Source: a virus | Lineage: Duplodnaviria; Caudoviricetes | Strand: one strand, 5' to 3' | Length of the DNA: 64,000 nt | Virus record (IMG/VR): IMGVR_UViG_2675903036_000001 | Span: 22,710-86,709 of that record | In this document: positions 53,832 to 63,909 of the stretch, piece by piece | Position numbering within the stretch: the stretch's first letter is position 1 | Layout of the letters: each line of letters starts with the position of its first letter | Translations under genes and position numbers: made by a program | The notes under the pieces: model-generated | Database searches by the model: none | What the model was told of the DNA's origin: nothing | What the model saw: only the letters and a program-made list of their open reading frames with translations

Positions 53832-56433
53832 CCGCCTGCTTAAATCGCTTCATTCGCCGTTCGATAAATCGCCTCATGCGAAAATTGCGCTGCGTGTCCA
53901 GCATCCCGATGTTTTCAGATGGACTGTTAATAATCGAGTGTTATCGGTTGGTACGGAGGCATCGGAAAACACAACTGATTTCAATCTTGCCTCCTTAACG
54001 CTTGATGAATTAGCTGATGCGCTGACAAATACTGGCTTCCAGGTTGTTTATCAGGATGCCGAGCTCTCAAGTCACTCGTCCGCAATCCTGTTGTCTGGCT
54101 CCGGCAGTCAATCTCAATCCAATGGCGATGCGCTGAGAGTCTATGAGAGCCTGCTTTGGTCTTTGATGGATTCTTACGCGATCGAGCTTGAAATTGCTGC
54201 TGGCAGCATTGATCAAGCCTTGCTCCAGATGTACCTTGATACCGCGCAAAGTGAATGGCTGGATTACTGGGGTGAATATTTCGGCTTTCCACGCGAAGGA
54301 CGAACCGATGCGGAATATAGCGCATACATCATCGACGAGGCGCTCAGGCCGAGAAACAATGCGCTTGCTATCGAAGACACCATCAAGCGATTGACGCAAG
54401 AAGATGTGCATATCTACGAGCCATGGAAGGACATCTTTGTTCTGAGTGAATCGAAGCTGAGTGAACGTTATCATCTACATGGAGCGCACTATTACACGTT
54501 TGCAACCATACAGCCGGTTGGTAATGCAGGCACAAATTGGGGCAAGGTTATTCCGTTGATAAGGCGCAATAAGGCTGGTGGCATTATGCTCGCGGAAGCC
54601 AGACCGCTTGTTCCCCCCGCTTATATTGACGCAGGTGTTATAGATAGCATCGTGAGTGCATCCGAAACACGCGTCCGTGTTGCCAGAATTAAACTTGAGA
54701 TGGACTCGCCCTTGAGTGCGTATCGCCTCGATTTTGATACATATATCAAGAACTATCCCTTCATGGCCTACGGGCTGATGACGTTGGCAAGTGAAAAGTT
54801 GGCTTATGTGGCCGATATTCCCAACCCTAGAACTATCGCCAAGGCATCAATATGCCTATCGGATTCCTGGTCTCTCGGTAATACTAATTCGGTATTTGGT
54901 CGTGGCAGGATAATCCGGATCATGCCTGGAATGACGTTATCTGGCGGCGCAACTGAAGACGATGATTTGAGGCTTTCCGATGGTGTCGTAACGATTATTT
55001 ATGAACAAGTAGAAGAGATCATTGATGACCGGAGGGTAAGGTGGATTGAGTTGTTGGCCGAGGCTTTTGCGCTCTCTACTGAAATGACGCAAACCGGTTA
55101 TGCTTTTTTACCAATTACTAATAACCCTGCATCTATAGACATTCTTTATACGGGGTTGGTTGAGCTTCCTGAGACCATGTTTATGTTCTCTGCCGAAATG
55201 ATCCAAACCGGTTATGCTTTTTTACCAATTACTAATAATCCTGCATCTATAGATATTCTTTACGCAGTATTGATAGATTCTGGTCATGATGCCGATAGAA
55301 GGTGGGTTGGAAAGTGGGACAGTTCCACATGGGTGGAGGGTGTGGATGAGCTCTTGATTACGACGCAGCTGACGGTTATTGGTGATATGGGCCTGTTTGT
55401 TAACAATGAGCAAGGTTTTTGGTACGACCCGTCTGATTTTTCCACGATGTTCCAAGATTCTGCTGGAACGATTCCTGTAACGTCAGTGGGGCAGTCGGTT
55501 GGAAAAATACTCGATAAATCCGGTAATGAAAATCACGCAACTCAAGCCACAACGTCTAAAAAACCGATTCTGAAAAGGCAGCCGACCAGTGGGATTAGGA
55601 ATTTATTGCGGGCATCCGGTGATTTATTATTAACAATAGCGTCTGGAGGTGCTTGGAATACATCATCTGACTGGAGCCAAATATCTGTTAATCCATTATA
55701 TCCAGGCGACAAAGCGTACCAAGTAACCAACGCAGGGGTAGTATCTAGCAGGAATATATCCAATAATATTGGAATGTCATCAGGTGAAAGGGATACGCTT
55801 TCCGTAATTATCGAAGAAGCCCCATCTAATAAAGCTGCATTAACTACAATTGGCCTTTATGACAGTACCACATTGACATTTTCAGGAAGAATCAATTTAA
55901 AATGGTCTACTGGAACAATAGAGTTGTTACTTGGTAATGGATCTCAGTTAGGGTACTGTGAAAAATTATCGGATGTGGGGCCTAACGGCGGTAGAGTATT
56001 TAGGTTGGTTATATCCGCAATAACCCCTGTTGGAGAAAATAGAATGAGATTTCTATACCCAACAGGGACGAACACTAATAATCAGTCTGTCATCATACAC
56101 TCAGCTCAATATGAGACTGTTACAGAGACCGCGACTGCATACCAGCAAACATTCGGTAATTATGATGTTTATGAGCCAGGATTCAACCAAGTCTACTGGC
56201 TCGATTATGACGGCGTTGATGATGCGCTGGTTTCTACCAATCCAGACTTAGGTACGAATGCCACCCGAGCTAGGGCGACGATTGGCGGCGCAGTAATCGA
56301 GCAGGGGTTGACGCTCGGTGTAAATCTCACACTTAGTACAGACAATCTAGGATTGATAGTAATAAATCGACCTCTGACCCAGGACGAACTGTCCGCTTTA
56401 ACATCATACTTAAACAGCATCGTAGGTTCTTGA
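53824..56433 (+). CDS. baseplate wedge (gpI-like) protein with a C-terminal fibre/lectin-like domain
   Basis: EWLDYWGEYFG..R...D..Y; C-terminal WYDPSD...DKSGN..HATQ and DGVDD; ATG at 53824. Confidence 0.65.
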   Translation: MLDRLLKSLHSPFDKSPHAKIALRVQHPDVFRWTVNNRVLSVGTEASENTTDFNLASLTLDELADALTNTGFQVVYQDAELSSHSSAILLSGSGSQSQSNGDALRVYESLLWSLMDSYAIELEIAAGSIDQALLQMYLDTAQSEWLDYWGEYFGFPREGRTDAEYSAYIIDEALRPRNNALAIEDTIKRLTQEDVHIYEPWKDIFVLSESKLSERYHLHGAHYYTFATIQPVGNAGTNWGKVIPLIRRNKAGGIMLAEARPLVPPAYIDAGVIDSIVSASETRVRVARIKLEMDSPLSAYRLDFDTYIKNYPFMAYGLMTLASEKLAYVADIPNPRTIAKASICLSDSWSLGNTNSVFGRGRIIRIMPGMTLSGGATEDDDLRLSDGVVTIIYEQVEEIIDDRRVRWIELLAEAFALSTEMTQTGYAFLPITNNPASIDILYTGLVELPETMFMFSAEMIQTGYAFLPITNNPASIDILYAVLIDSGHDADRRWVGKWDSSTWVEGVDELLITTQLTVIGDMGLFVNNEQGFWYDPSDFSTMFQDSAGTIPVTSVGQSVGKILDKSGNENHATQATTSKKPILKRQPTSGIRNLLRASGDLLLTIASGGAWNTSSDWSQISVNPLYPGDKAYQVTNAGVVSSRNISNNIGMSSGERDTLSVIIEEAPSNKAALTTIGLYDSTTLTFSGRINLKWSTGTIELLLGNGSQLGYCEKLSDVGPNGGRVFRLVISAITPVGENRMRFLYPTGTNTNNQSVIIHSAQYETVTETATAYQQTFGNYDVYEPGFNQVYWLDYDGVDDALVSTNPDLGTNATRARATIGGAVIEQGLTLGVNLTLSTDNLGLIVINRPLTQDELSALTSYLNSIVGS
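55081..55266 (+). repeat. in-frame direct repeat, 114-nt period
   Basis: EM.QTGYAFLPITNNPASIDILY encoded at 55081 and 55195. Confidence 0.9.
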
Positions 56434-56438
56434 TCAAG

Positions 56439-56453
56439 TCGTGATTGTACGCT
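56439..56453 (+). promoter_or_regulatory. putative late promoter TCGTGA-ttg-TACGCT
   Basis: repeated motif; leadered, with GGAG RBS. Confidence 0.65.
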
Positions 56454-56481
56454 TAACGAAACATTAATGGAGTTTCGTTGA

Positions 56482-56964
56482 ATGGCAATTCTGACACTTT
56501 CTGGTCGAGCCGCTATGGCGATAGCGATCAAGGCGCAGCCAATACATCTGGCGTGGGGTTCCGGCGATGCGGCATGGGATACGGTTCCGGTTGTTGAAAC
56601 CGTGGATCAGACGGGGCTTGTAGCTGAAGTAGGCCGTCGTGCTGCAACTTCCGTGAAATTCTGTGTTCCTGATGAAGCAGGGGAAATCATCGTTCCGACC
56701 GGGCGCTTTACTGAAGTGCCGGGGCCATCGAATCATCTCTACATGAAGTTCAACTTTGATTTCCTCGACTCTCCCAGCGCGGAAGTCCGCGAAGCGGGTG
56801 TTTTTACCGGCACTCAGGTTGTGTCAGGGCTTCCGGTGGGGCAAACGTATTTTATACCGTCTGAGATACAAGACACTGGAATCCTTCTGGCACTGGAGAG
56901 ATTCCCAAAATTTTCCCGATCATCCGCTGTTCGTCAGTCATTTGAATTTGTAATTACTATTTGA
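56482..56964 (+). CDS. baseplate/tail structural protein
   Basis: HLAWGSG, EVGRR, VREAGVF, RQSFEFVITI. Confidence 0.7.
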   Translation: MAILTLSGRAAMAIAIKAQPIHLAWGSGDAAWDTVPVVETVDQTGLVAEVGRRAATSVKFCVPDEAGEIIVPTGRFTEVPGPSNHLYMKFNFDFLDSPSAEVREAGVFTGTQVVSGLPVGQTYFIPSEIQDTGILLALERFPKFSRSSAVRQSFEFVITI

Positions 56965-56976
56965 GGCTAATCAACC

Positions 56977-58914
56977 ATGATAGATGGCTACTACAATCGA
57001 TTTGATCCGGCGAAAAAATACGAAAAACACCTTTTCCGCGCGGGTTATGTCCTGCAATCATCGGAGTTAAATGAGGTTCAGTCATACGCGGAGGATCGTG
57101 TTCGCGGTGTTGCCGATGCTCTGTTCAAGGATGGCGATGTTGTTCGTGATGCGCAGATTATCGTGAACAGCGCTACTGGTGAGGTGCAGTGTCAGTCCGG
57201 TGCAATTTATCTGGTCGGCGCAGTGCGTGGGATTCCATCCAAAACCATGACCATCCCGACTACCGGCGTGGTATCGGTCGGAATACGTCTGGTTGAAACT
57301 GTCATCACCGAGTTGGATGATCCGGCATTGCGCGATCCAGCCATTGATGTCCGCAATTACCAGGAGTCTGGTGCTGCCAGATTGAAGGTTGAAGCTATCT
57401 GGAGTTTCCAGGGTGATGGTGCGACGGGGGAGTTTTACCCGGTTTATACCGTTGAAGATGGCCAGCTGCGCGCCAAGGAAACGCCTCCTAATCTGGATTC
57501 CGTTACGCAGTCTCTTGCTCGCTATGATCGCGATTCCGCCGGTGGTACCTATGTGGTTTCTGGTTTGACTGTTAAGGCGCTGGATGATCTTGGAACCGGA
57601 GAGCAGGTTTATTCGGTCGGTGAAGGTCGTGCTCGTGTCTATGGATATGGTGTAGAGCTAAAAACCTCCCGGCGTGAAGTGTATCCAGTCATCCCGGATT
57701 TGCGTAATATCATTTCCGAGCCTCACACCAGCACGACGGTGAGTGCTCAGCGCGTCGATATCGACCGAACTCCAATTGAGAACATCGCTAGCGTACAAAT
57801 TACGGCGGAAAAGACCGTCACTCTGACCCATGGCGGTTTTGTTGGCGCACAAGACCCGCTGCCTGACACATCGGTTCTGTCGCTTCTGGAAGTGAAGCAA
57901 GGTGGGACTACGTATCTCGCTAATACTGACTACAAGTTAACCAGCGGAAAGGTTGACTGGTCTCTTGCGGGTAATGAGCCTGCTCCTGGCTCAACCTATA
58001 CAGTTACGTATCAATATATTTCCGAAGTTACCCCGACCGCAATAGACGATACCGGTTTCACGGTAGAAGGCGCGGTAGTTGGTAGTCTCATTCTGGTGAC
58101 CTACAACCAGAAACTGCCGCGTTATGACCGAATCGCACTAAATGCCTAGGGTGATATTGTATGGTTCAGCGGCGTATCGGCAGAATGGAATCCGCAGGTT
58201 CCGGCTGTCCCCGATAATGTCCTCCCATTAGCCACGATCTACCAGGACTGGGGCGCCACGCGACGCATAGAGAATGATGGTGTGCGCGTCGTGCCCATGT
58301 CTGACTTGTCTGCGATCAATAGTCGTATCGATTACATGCTGGGCTTGATTGCCCAGCAACGCCTGGAGGGGAGCGCAAGCTTGACCGAAGCAGGGCAGAA
58401 GAAAGGTCTCTTTGTCGATCCATTTCTGGATGACTCCCTGCGAGACGCGGGTGTCGCCCAAACAGGTGCAATCTTCTCGGGCGAACTGACCCTACCCGTG
58501 ACAATCGATCAAGTCAGTTTGATGTCGTCCGATGTGTCTTCCCCGGCATCAATGGCGAGCGATCTGTCTCTTGTTCTTGAGCAATCAGCTCGTACCGGTA
58601 CGATGAAGGTCAACCCATACATGGCATTCGAGCCGCTGCCTGCCAGTGTCCGCCTTACTCCGGCTATCGACAACTGGACAGTTACAAACACTTCCTGGGC
58701 GTCATCCATCACCCAACAAATTGTGGTTGGGAGAGGCCGCTTGCTAATAGGTTTCGGTACGGCCACTGGCGTGCAGGTGCTGTCCAGATCAAGCAGGCCA
58801 GCTGAATTTCTACGTCAAATAGATATTAATTTCACGATTTCAGGGTTTGGCCCGAACGAAGCGCTTTCCAGCGTTACATTCGATGGTGTCGCCGTTACCC
58901 CTGTTGCGCCATAA
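56977..58914 (+). pseudogene. DUF4815-like tail/baseplate protein interrupted by an in-frame TAG at 58147-58149
   Basis: YYNRFD...LFRAG.VLQS.ELNE.Q start; the frame stays open after TAG and runs into the 58282..58914 ORF. Confidence 0.75.
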
Positions 58915-58923
58915 GGATAAGAA

Positions 58924-60138
58924 ATGACTATTCAAGCTAATGCTCAAGGTGTGGTTACTGGCAAGTTCACCATTCCCGCTGGCTTGCCAGCAGGAACCAA
59001 GCGCGTTCGATTCAATGGTGCTGGCGGTTCCCATGGAGATGCCGTTTTCGTTGGCAATGGCACTATCACCAGCCAGGTTCTCAGGAGTGTCTCAATAACG
59101 ACGCTAGTATTTTCAGGATTACTAGTTGACCCTCTCGCCCAGACGTTTTCTTTAGAGCAGTCTGCCCAGATCGCGGCGATAGACCTGTGGTTCTCTGCGA
59201 AGGGTTCTTCCGATGTGGTAGTGCAGATTCGTGAAACCAGCAACGGCGTGCCCAACCAATCCGTGATTGGAGAAGCAAGATTAGCTCCGTCCGCGATCAG
59301 TACCACGGTACACACCAGAATAACACTTACAGCACCCATTCAGCTTCTGGCTGGAGTCGAATACGCTTTGGTTGTCATGTGTGACGATGCCGTGACTGAA
59401 ATGCGCATTGCCGAGCTGGGCAAGTGGGATGCAGCAAACGGTCGCTGGGTAACCAGCCAGCCTTATCAGGTAGGTGTATTGTTATCCTCCTCGAATGCAT
59501 CCACATGGACGGCTCACCAAGACCGTGATTTAGCATTCCGGCTACACAAGGCTGTATTCACCCAGACAAATAAAACCGTCTCTCTGGGGAGCATCGCCGT
59601 TACTGATGCAACAGATTTGATGCTTATAGCTGCCGAAGAGTTGCCCAGTAGCGTAACGCGAATTGAGTATGAATTATCCCTTCCTGGGGGTGAAACTGTC
59701 AGTGTTTCTACTGGTCAGCCTGTACGGTTGACTGCAGCAGTGACTGGTAACATCAGCATATCAGCCAAGATGTATGGTTCTGCAAATGTATCCCCTATCT
59801 TATTTCCTGGCACACAGCTCGTAGTGGGATCAGTATCTGCAAACGGCGATTATGTTTCCCGCGCAATCAAAGGCGGAACCAGCATAAGTGTGAAGGTGTT
59901 GTTTGATGCGATCATCCCTGGCGGATCATCTGTGACGGTGAAATACAAGGGTGTGGATGCGGGGGACACTTGGGCAACGGTTCCTTATGTATCCTCCTCC
60001 CCAATTGACGATGGTTTCTACGAAATGAAGCATGAGATTGCTGGCATCAGCGAAGACATGATTCAGATCAAGCTCGAACTGACCGGCGCTACATCAGCTC
60101 GTCCTCGCGTGAAAAATCTTCGTTTCATGACGATATGA
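58924..60138 (+). CDS. tail/baseplate structural protein (DUF4815 C-terminal-like)
   Basis: GKFTIPAG, DPLAQTF, GVLLSSSNASTWT, RPRVKNLR. Confidence 0.75.
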   Translation: MTIQANAQGVVTGKFTIPAGLPAGTKRVRFNGAGGSHGDAVFVGNGTITSQVLRSVSITTLVFSGLLVDPLAQTFSLEQSAQIAAIDLWFSAKGSSDVVVQIRETSNGVPNQSVIGEARLAPSAISTTVHTRITLTAPIQLLAGVEYALVVMCDDAVTEMRIAELGKWDAANGRWVTSQPYQVGVLLSSSNASTWTAHQDRDLAFRLHKAVFTQTNKTVSLGSIAVTDATDLMLIAAEELPSSVTRIEYELSLPGGETVSVSTGQPVRLTAAVTGNISISAKMYGSANVSPILFPGTQLVVGSVSANGDYVSRAIKGGTSISVKVLFDAIIPGGSSVTVKYKGVDAGDTWATVPYVSSSPIDDGFYEMKHEIAGISEDMIQIKLELTGATSARPRVKNLRFMTI

Positions 60139-60150
60139 GGCGTGTGATCT

Positions 60151-61959
60151 ATGCCTATTGACGACAGAACAGTAAATTTTAATTTACCGTTACCTAGTTC
60201 AGATAATTTCTTGTTTGACGATGTTGAGCGAATTAGAGGAGCGTTTGCGCAAATAGACCATGAACTGCATGGTCTATCGTCTTCTTTATTAGGTGTTGGT
60301 GGGAATTCTGCTAGCGGTTCCATCACCCTAACATCTTCTTCCGAAACGATTCAGAGCATTACTCCAACAGAAAGCGGTAATTATGTAACGTTGCCTGACG
60401 CTACGACGATGAATGCAGGCATTCCATCATTCGCTATTCAGAATGCTGGCTCCCATGATCTGGGTATCATGGATTCTGCCGGGAAGAAGTTGGGTTGGAT
60501 TCGCTCTGGGCAGACAGGGATTGTTGGTCTTGTGGACAACACAGCTGTTAATGGTGTTTGGGTAACTGTTGGTATTGAAAAGCTTGGTGTAACAGCATCG
60601 AAGGGATTTTATTCACTTACGGGCATGTCCAGCTCTTTTAGTATGAAAGCTATAGCGGTTGATCAAAATCGCACACTGATTTTGTTTGGCACCACAGTAT
60701 TGAATGCCATTGTGTACGATGCTAACACCCGCTCTTTCGGTCAACCAACAGTTGTGATTGCAACCATCAACAATAGTTTAATTGAGGGAATTCTCGCTTC
60801 TGCAGACAAAGTTCTGGTGCTCGGAGCAACAGCTAGTGATTTGTGCGGCGTGATTCTCTCCTTGTCCGGAACCACCATTTTTCCTGGCCCGGTCGGCACT
60901 CGCTCAACAAACATACCGGATAAGATGGGTATGCTGGTGGAACTTGGAAATTCCGGCACGACATTCGCCTTCACTCAGGGGCGCAGTAGCGGTCCATATG
61001 CAGAGATCTGTGCAATTAGTATTTCTAATGATACGGTTGCCATCGGTGATACGCTGGCGCTAGATCGCCCGACAGACAAAAAAAGCGGATTGGTTCTGAT
61101 TCCGATTTCCGAATCTACTGTGCTGTCGCTCAATAGTGATGGCATCAACATTTCTGCAAAGCCTCACAGTATTTCTGGCATAACAGTGACTCCTGGCAGC
61201 GCGGCCTTGCTAACTACAACTATGCCAGAATTTCGTTGGTTAGTTCTGCCTTCAGGACGTGTGGCCGTAATTTACGCCAATTTGGATAAAGCGCATGGAG
61301 CTATCATATCCGTTACTGGAATGACAGCGTCCGCTTCTGATGTTGTTCTTGGAGATTATTTTGGTAGCTCTGGTTTTCTATCATCAGGCATAGCTACTGT
61401 CGTTGAGTCCGGCAAGGTCGTTGTTGTGAATTATAGTGCTGCCGGTTCTTTATCATCTAATATTTTGACAGCAGACTCATCTGGTGTTGCAGGTGCAGGA
61501 ACAGCTTCCATTATTCAACTCAATGCTTCACCTGCAAGTTTCAATATTGTTTCCGTAAGTGGAGACGTCATTTCTTTGTCTATTGGAGATGATACTTCTT
61601 CCGTGTTGATTAATGTTGACGCATCTGGTGTCAGCCCAGTCATAGATATAGTTGATTCATTCTCCAGCACTCTTTCACGACAGGATTTTGTTGCTCACGC
61701 ATTCGATAAAGACCAGTTCAATTACCGCATAAATTCTCTTGGGAATGGATCTGCAAAATACGCCCCAAATTTAACGGGATCTGCTGTGGTCCTGGGCTAT
61801 ACCAGCAAACGGATTTTCAAGGTTGACTCACCGGTTATCCGTGCTATGGGGTGGAAAACCAATTTATTTGGCGTATCTCCTAGTGGTAATGACCTGTGGG
61901 TCGTAAGCTGTGGTGGGCCGGCTAGTGCAATGATTGCTTGCTTGGAGGCGGCAGAATGA
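60151..61959 (+). CDS. tail fibre / receptor-binding protein
   Basis: N-terminal DDRT...LPLP...DDVERIR.AF..ID; VTLPDATT; beta-rich body. Confidence 0.7.
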   Translation: MPIDDRTVNFNLPLPSSDNFLFDDVERIRGAFAQIDHELHGLSSSLLGVGGNSASGSITLTSSSETIQSITPTESGNYVTLPDATTMNAGIPSFAIQNAGSHDLGIMDSAGKKLGWIRSGQTGIVGLVDNTAVNGVWVTVGIEKLGVTASKGFYSLTGMSSSFSMKAIAVDQNRTLILFGTTVLNAIVYDANTRSFGQPTVVIATINNSLIEGILASADKVLVLGATASDLCGVILSLSGTTIFPGPVGTRSTNIPDKMGMLVELGNSGTTFAFTQGRSSGPYAEICAISISNDTVAIGDTLALDRPTDKKSGLVLIPISESTVLSLNSDGINISAKPHSISGITVTPGSAALLTTTMPEFRWLVLPSGRVAVIYANLDKAHGAIISVTGMTASASDVVLGDYFGSSGFLSSGIATVVESGKVVVVNYSAAGSLSSNILTADSSGVAGAGTASIIQLNASPASFNIVSVSGDVISLSIGDDTSSVLINVDASGVSPVIDIVDSFSSTLSRQDFVAHAFDKDQFNYRINSLGNGSAKYAPNLTGSAVVLGYTSKRIFKVDSPVIRAMGWKTNLFGVSPSGNDLWVVSCGGPASAMIACLEAAE

Positions 61960-62372
61960 AAAAACTTGTGACTCAGGTAGGTATATTCGGCCCGTATCGT
62001 AAGATCGAAGTGCTGAGTGATCGCTATCGCTGTGATGGAGTCGATTTTCCATTCACCGTAGTCGGCGAGAGCGTCATTGAAGATGCACAGCCGGGTGATT
62101 TTCCACTACCAGAAGCGCCACAACCTGAAGTACCCCAATCAGTCACCATGCGCCAAGCACGTTTGGCCTTGCTAAATATCGGTAAGCTGAACGATGTGGA
62201 CGCTGCACTTGCATCCATTCCAGACGAGACTCAGCGCAAGGCTGCGCAGATCGAGTGGGAATACGCACTCGAAGTCCAGCGTAACTACGGCCTGGTACAG
62301 CAGATCGCGTCTTCGCTGGGCCTAGATAATAAGACGCTCGATAATTTATTTATTGAAGCTGAGAAGCTTTGA
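61956..62372 (+). CDS. tail fibre assembly-like protein
   Basis: VPQSVTMRQARLAL...AQIEWEYA...LDNLF; ATGA overlap with GGAGG RBS. Confidence 0.7.
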   Translation: MKKLVTQVGIFGPYRKIEVLSDRYRCDGVDFPFTVVGESVIEDAQPGDFPLPEAPQPEVPQSVTMRQARLALLNIGKLNDVDAALASIPDETQRKAAQIEWEYALEVQRNYGLVQQIASSLGLDNKTLDNLFIEAEKL

Positions 62373-62428
62373 CATCCTCCTTCGCCTAGTGCGGATTTTT
62401 TAATTTCCTGTCTGAGATTAAGTTGTGG

Positions 62429-62443
62429 TCGTGACACGACAAT
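62429..62443 (+). promoter_or_regulatory. putative late promoter TCGTGA-cac-GACAAT for the lysis genes
   Basis: identical 15-mer to 19351-19365. Confidence 0.7.
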
Positions 62444-62480
62444 GAGTTGGTATTTCTACACTCGTTAAGGGGAACGACTA

Positions 62481-62966
62481 ATGGGGGCAGGCTCAAATGA
62501 ATATCTAAGCAGAAAATTATCGCTACACTTTACGCTCGAGGAACTAATACATTCAGACAAAGCCATTGAGCTGGGAATCGATAACATACCGCCAAAAGAC
62601 ATAATCAACGGCTTGGTACTGCTTTGTGAGGATGTTCTAGAACCAGTGAGAGCGCACTACGGCAAGCCATTCCGTCCGAATAGTGGATATAGATCGCCAT
62701 CGCTAAATAAAGCAATCCCCGGAAGCAGCAAAACATCGCAGCACATGCTTGGGCAGGCAGTAGATTTTGAGGTGCCCGGAGTATCAAACTATGATCTTGC
62801 TTGCTGGGTAAGGGATAACCTGACCTTCGATCAACTCATTCTTGAAAACTACACATCTGGAATTCCTAGTTCCGGTTGGGTGCATGTATCCCTGAAGCCA
62901 GATCAAAACAGGATGCAATGTCTGACGATCAAGGGTAAAAACAAACAACAAGGTTTGATCAAATAA
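62481..62966 (+). CDS. peptidase M15A endolysin
   Basis: SGYRS..LN, SQH..GQAVD, WVHVS. Confidence 0.85.
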   Translation: MGAGSNEYLSRKLSLHFTLEELIHSDKAIELGIDNIPPKDIINGLVLLCEDVLEPVRAHYGKPFRPNSGYRSPSLNKAIPGSSKTSQHMLGQAVDFEVPGVSNYDLACWVRDNLTFDQLILENYTSGIPSSGWVHVSLKPDQNRMQCLTIKGKNKQQGLIK

Positions 62967-62977
62967 GAGGACATGAA

Positions 62978-63313
62978 ATGTCAGATCCACAATGTCCTCA
63001 CGCCATGCAGATAGGACAAAACTCAGCGAAGATCGCATCCCTTGAAAAGGAGATTGCCAGTCTAACTAAATCACAACAAACCAGCATTGCAGAGTTAGAA
63101 AAAAAATTAAGCAAACTGACTGCGATGGCTCAGAGCAGTGCTATGCAGGTTGTTGAGGATAAGGCCAAGAAATCCGGTTTTATACGCGGTATGCACATGA
63201 CTGCAACTTTGATTGGTTATGGAATCATCATCGTGGCGCTGATATTGGCCGGAAAAGTGACGGGCGGACTTGATATGTTTGTCAGATTTTTGGGATCTCT
63301 TGATCTGAAATAG
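62978..63313 (+). CDS. putative holin (coiled coil + C-terminal transmembrane segment)
   Basis: hydrophobic C-terminus; follows the endolysin. Confidence 0.45.
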   Translation: MSDPQCPHAMQIGQNSAKIASLEKEIASLTKSQQTSIAELEKKLSKLTAMAQSSAMQVVEDKAKKSGFIRGMHMTATLIGYGIIIVALILAGKVTGGLDMFVRFLGSLDLK

Positions 63314-63876
63314 TGGATAAAACATCAGATCAACTAATCATTGAGTGCGCCCCGTTAGTTAAGCGTATTGCGCGCCATATGATGGTCAAGCTGCCAGCAA
63401 GCGTGGAAGTGGATGACTTAATTCAGGCAGGCATGATTGGCTTACTGGATGCAATCAGGTTGCACGGTGAGTTACCAGGACAGAGCTTCCAGAATTATGC
63501 ATTTACGCGCATTCGTGGAGCAATGCTTGATGCTTTGCGTAGGGCCGATTGTATTGGGAGGCCGCACCGGGAGAAGATCAAAAGGGGTGAATCTGAGGAG
63601 GTGATTATCTCGTCTTTTGAAGATGCTCTCGAAGAGGGGTTCGATCTTATCAGTCAGGAAGATACCCCGCTCGAATATCTAATCAAGAAAGACCTTGTAA
63701 TGAAAGCTGTCGGGTTTTTTGATGGACTCAGTGAAAAACACAAAAAGCTGATGACGATGCGCTATGTCGACGGCGTGAGCTTGCGGGGTATAGGACGAAT
63801 CATGGGTAAAAGCGAGGCATGGGCGTGTATTCAGCACAAGGAAATTTTAAACCAACTGGAAGGAGTATTAAATTGA
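63313..63876 (+). CDS. FliA/WhiG-like sigma70-family factor
   Basis: region 2 DDLIQAGMIGLL..A...YA..RIRGAMLD; region 4 HTH SLRGIGRIMGKSE. Confidence 0.8.
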   Translation: MDKTSDQLIIECAPLVKRIARHMMVKLPASVEVDDLIQAGMIGLLDAIRLHGELPGQSFQNYAFTRIRGAMLDALRRADCIGRPHREKIKRGESEEVIISSFEDALEEGFDLISQEDTPLEYLIKKDLVMKAVGFFDGLSEKHKKLMTMRYVDGVSLRGIGRIMGKSEAWACIQHKEILNQLEGVLN

Positions 63877-63909
63877 TAAAAAGGCTGATTTTAATTTCGT
63901 TTGTCACGG

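Noticed and set aside
55081-55266. Repeat pair as DGR template/variable regions
   Set aside because: Both copies are in frame in one gene, differences are not adenine-specific, and no reverse transcriptase is present in the window
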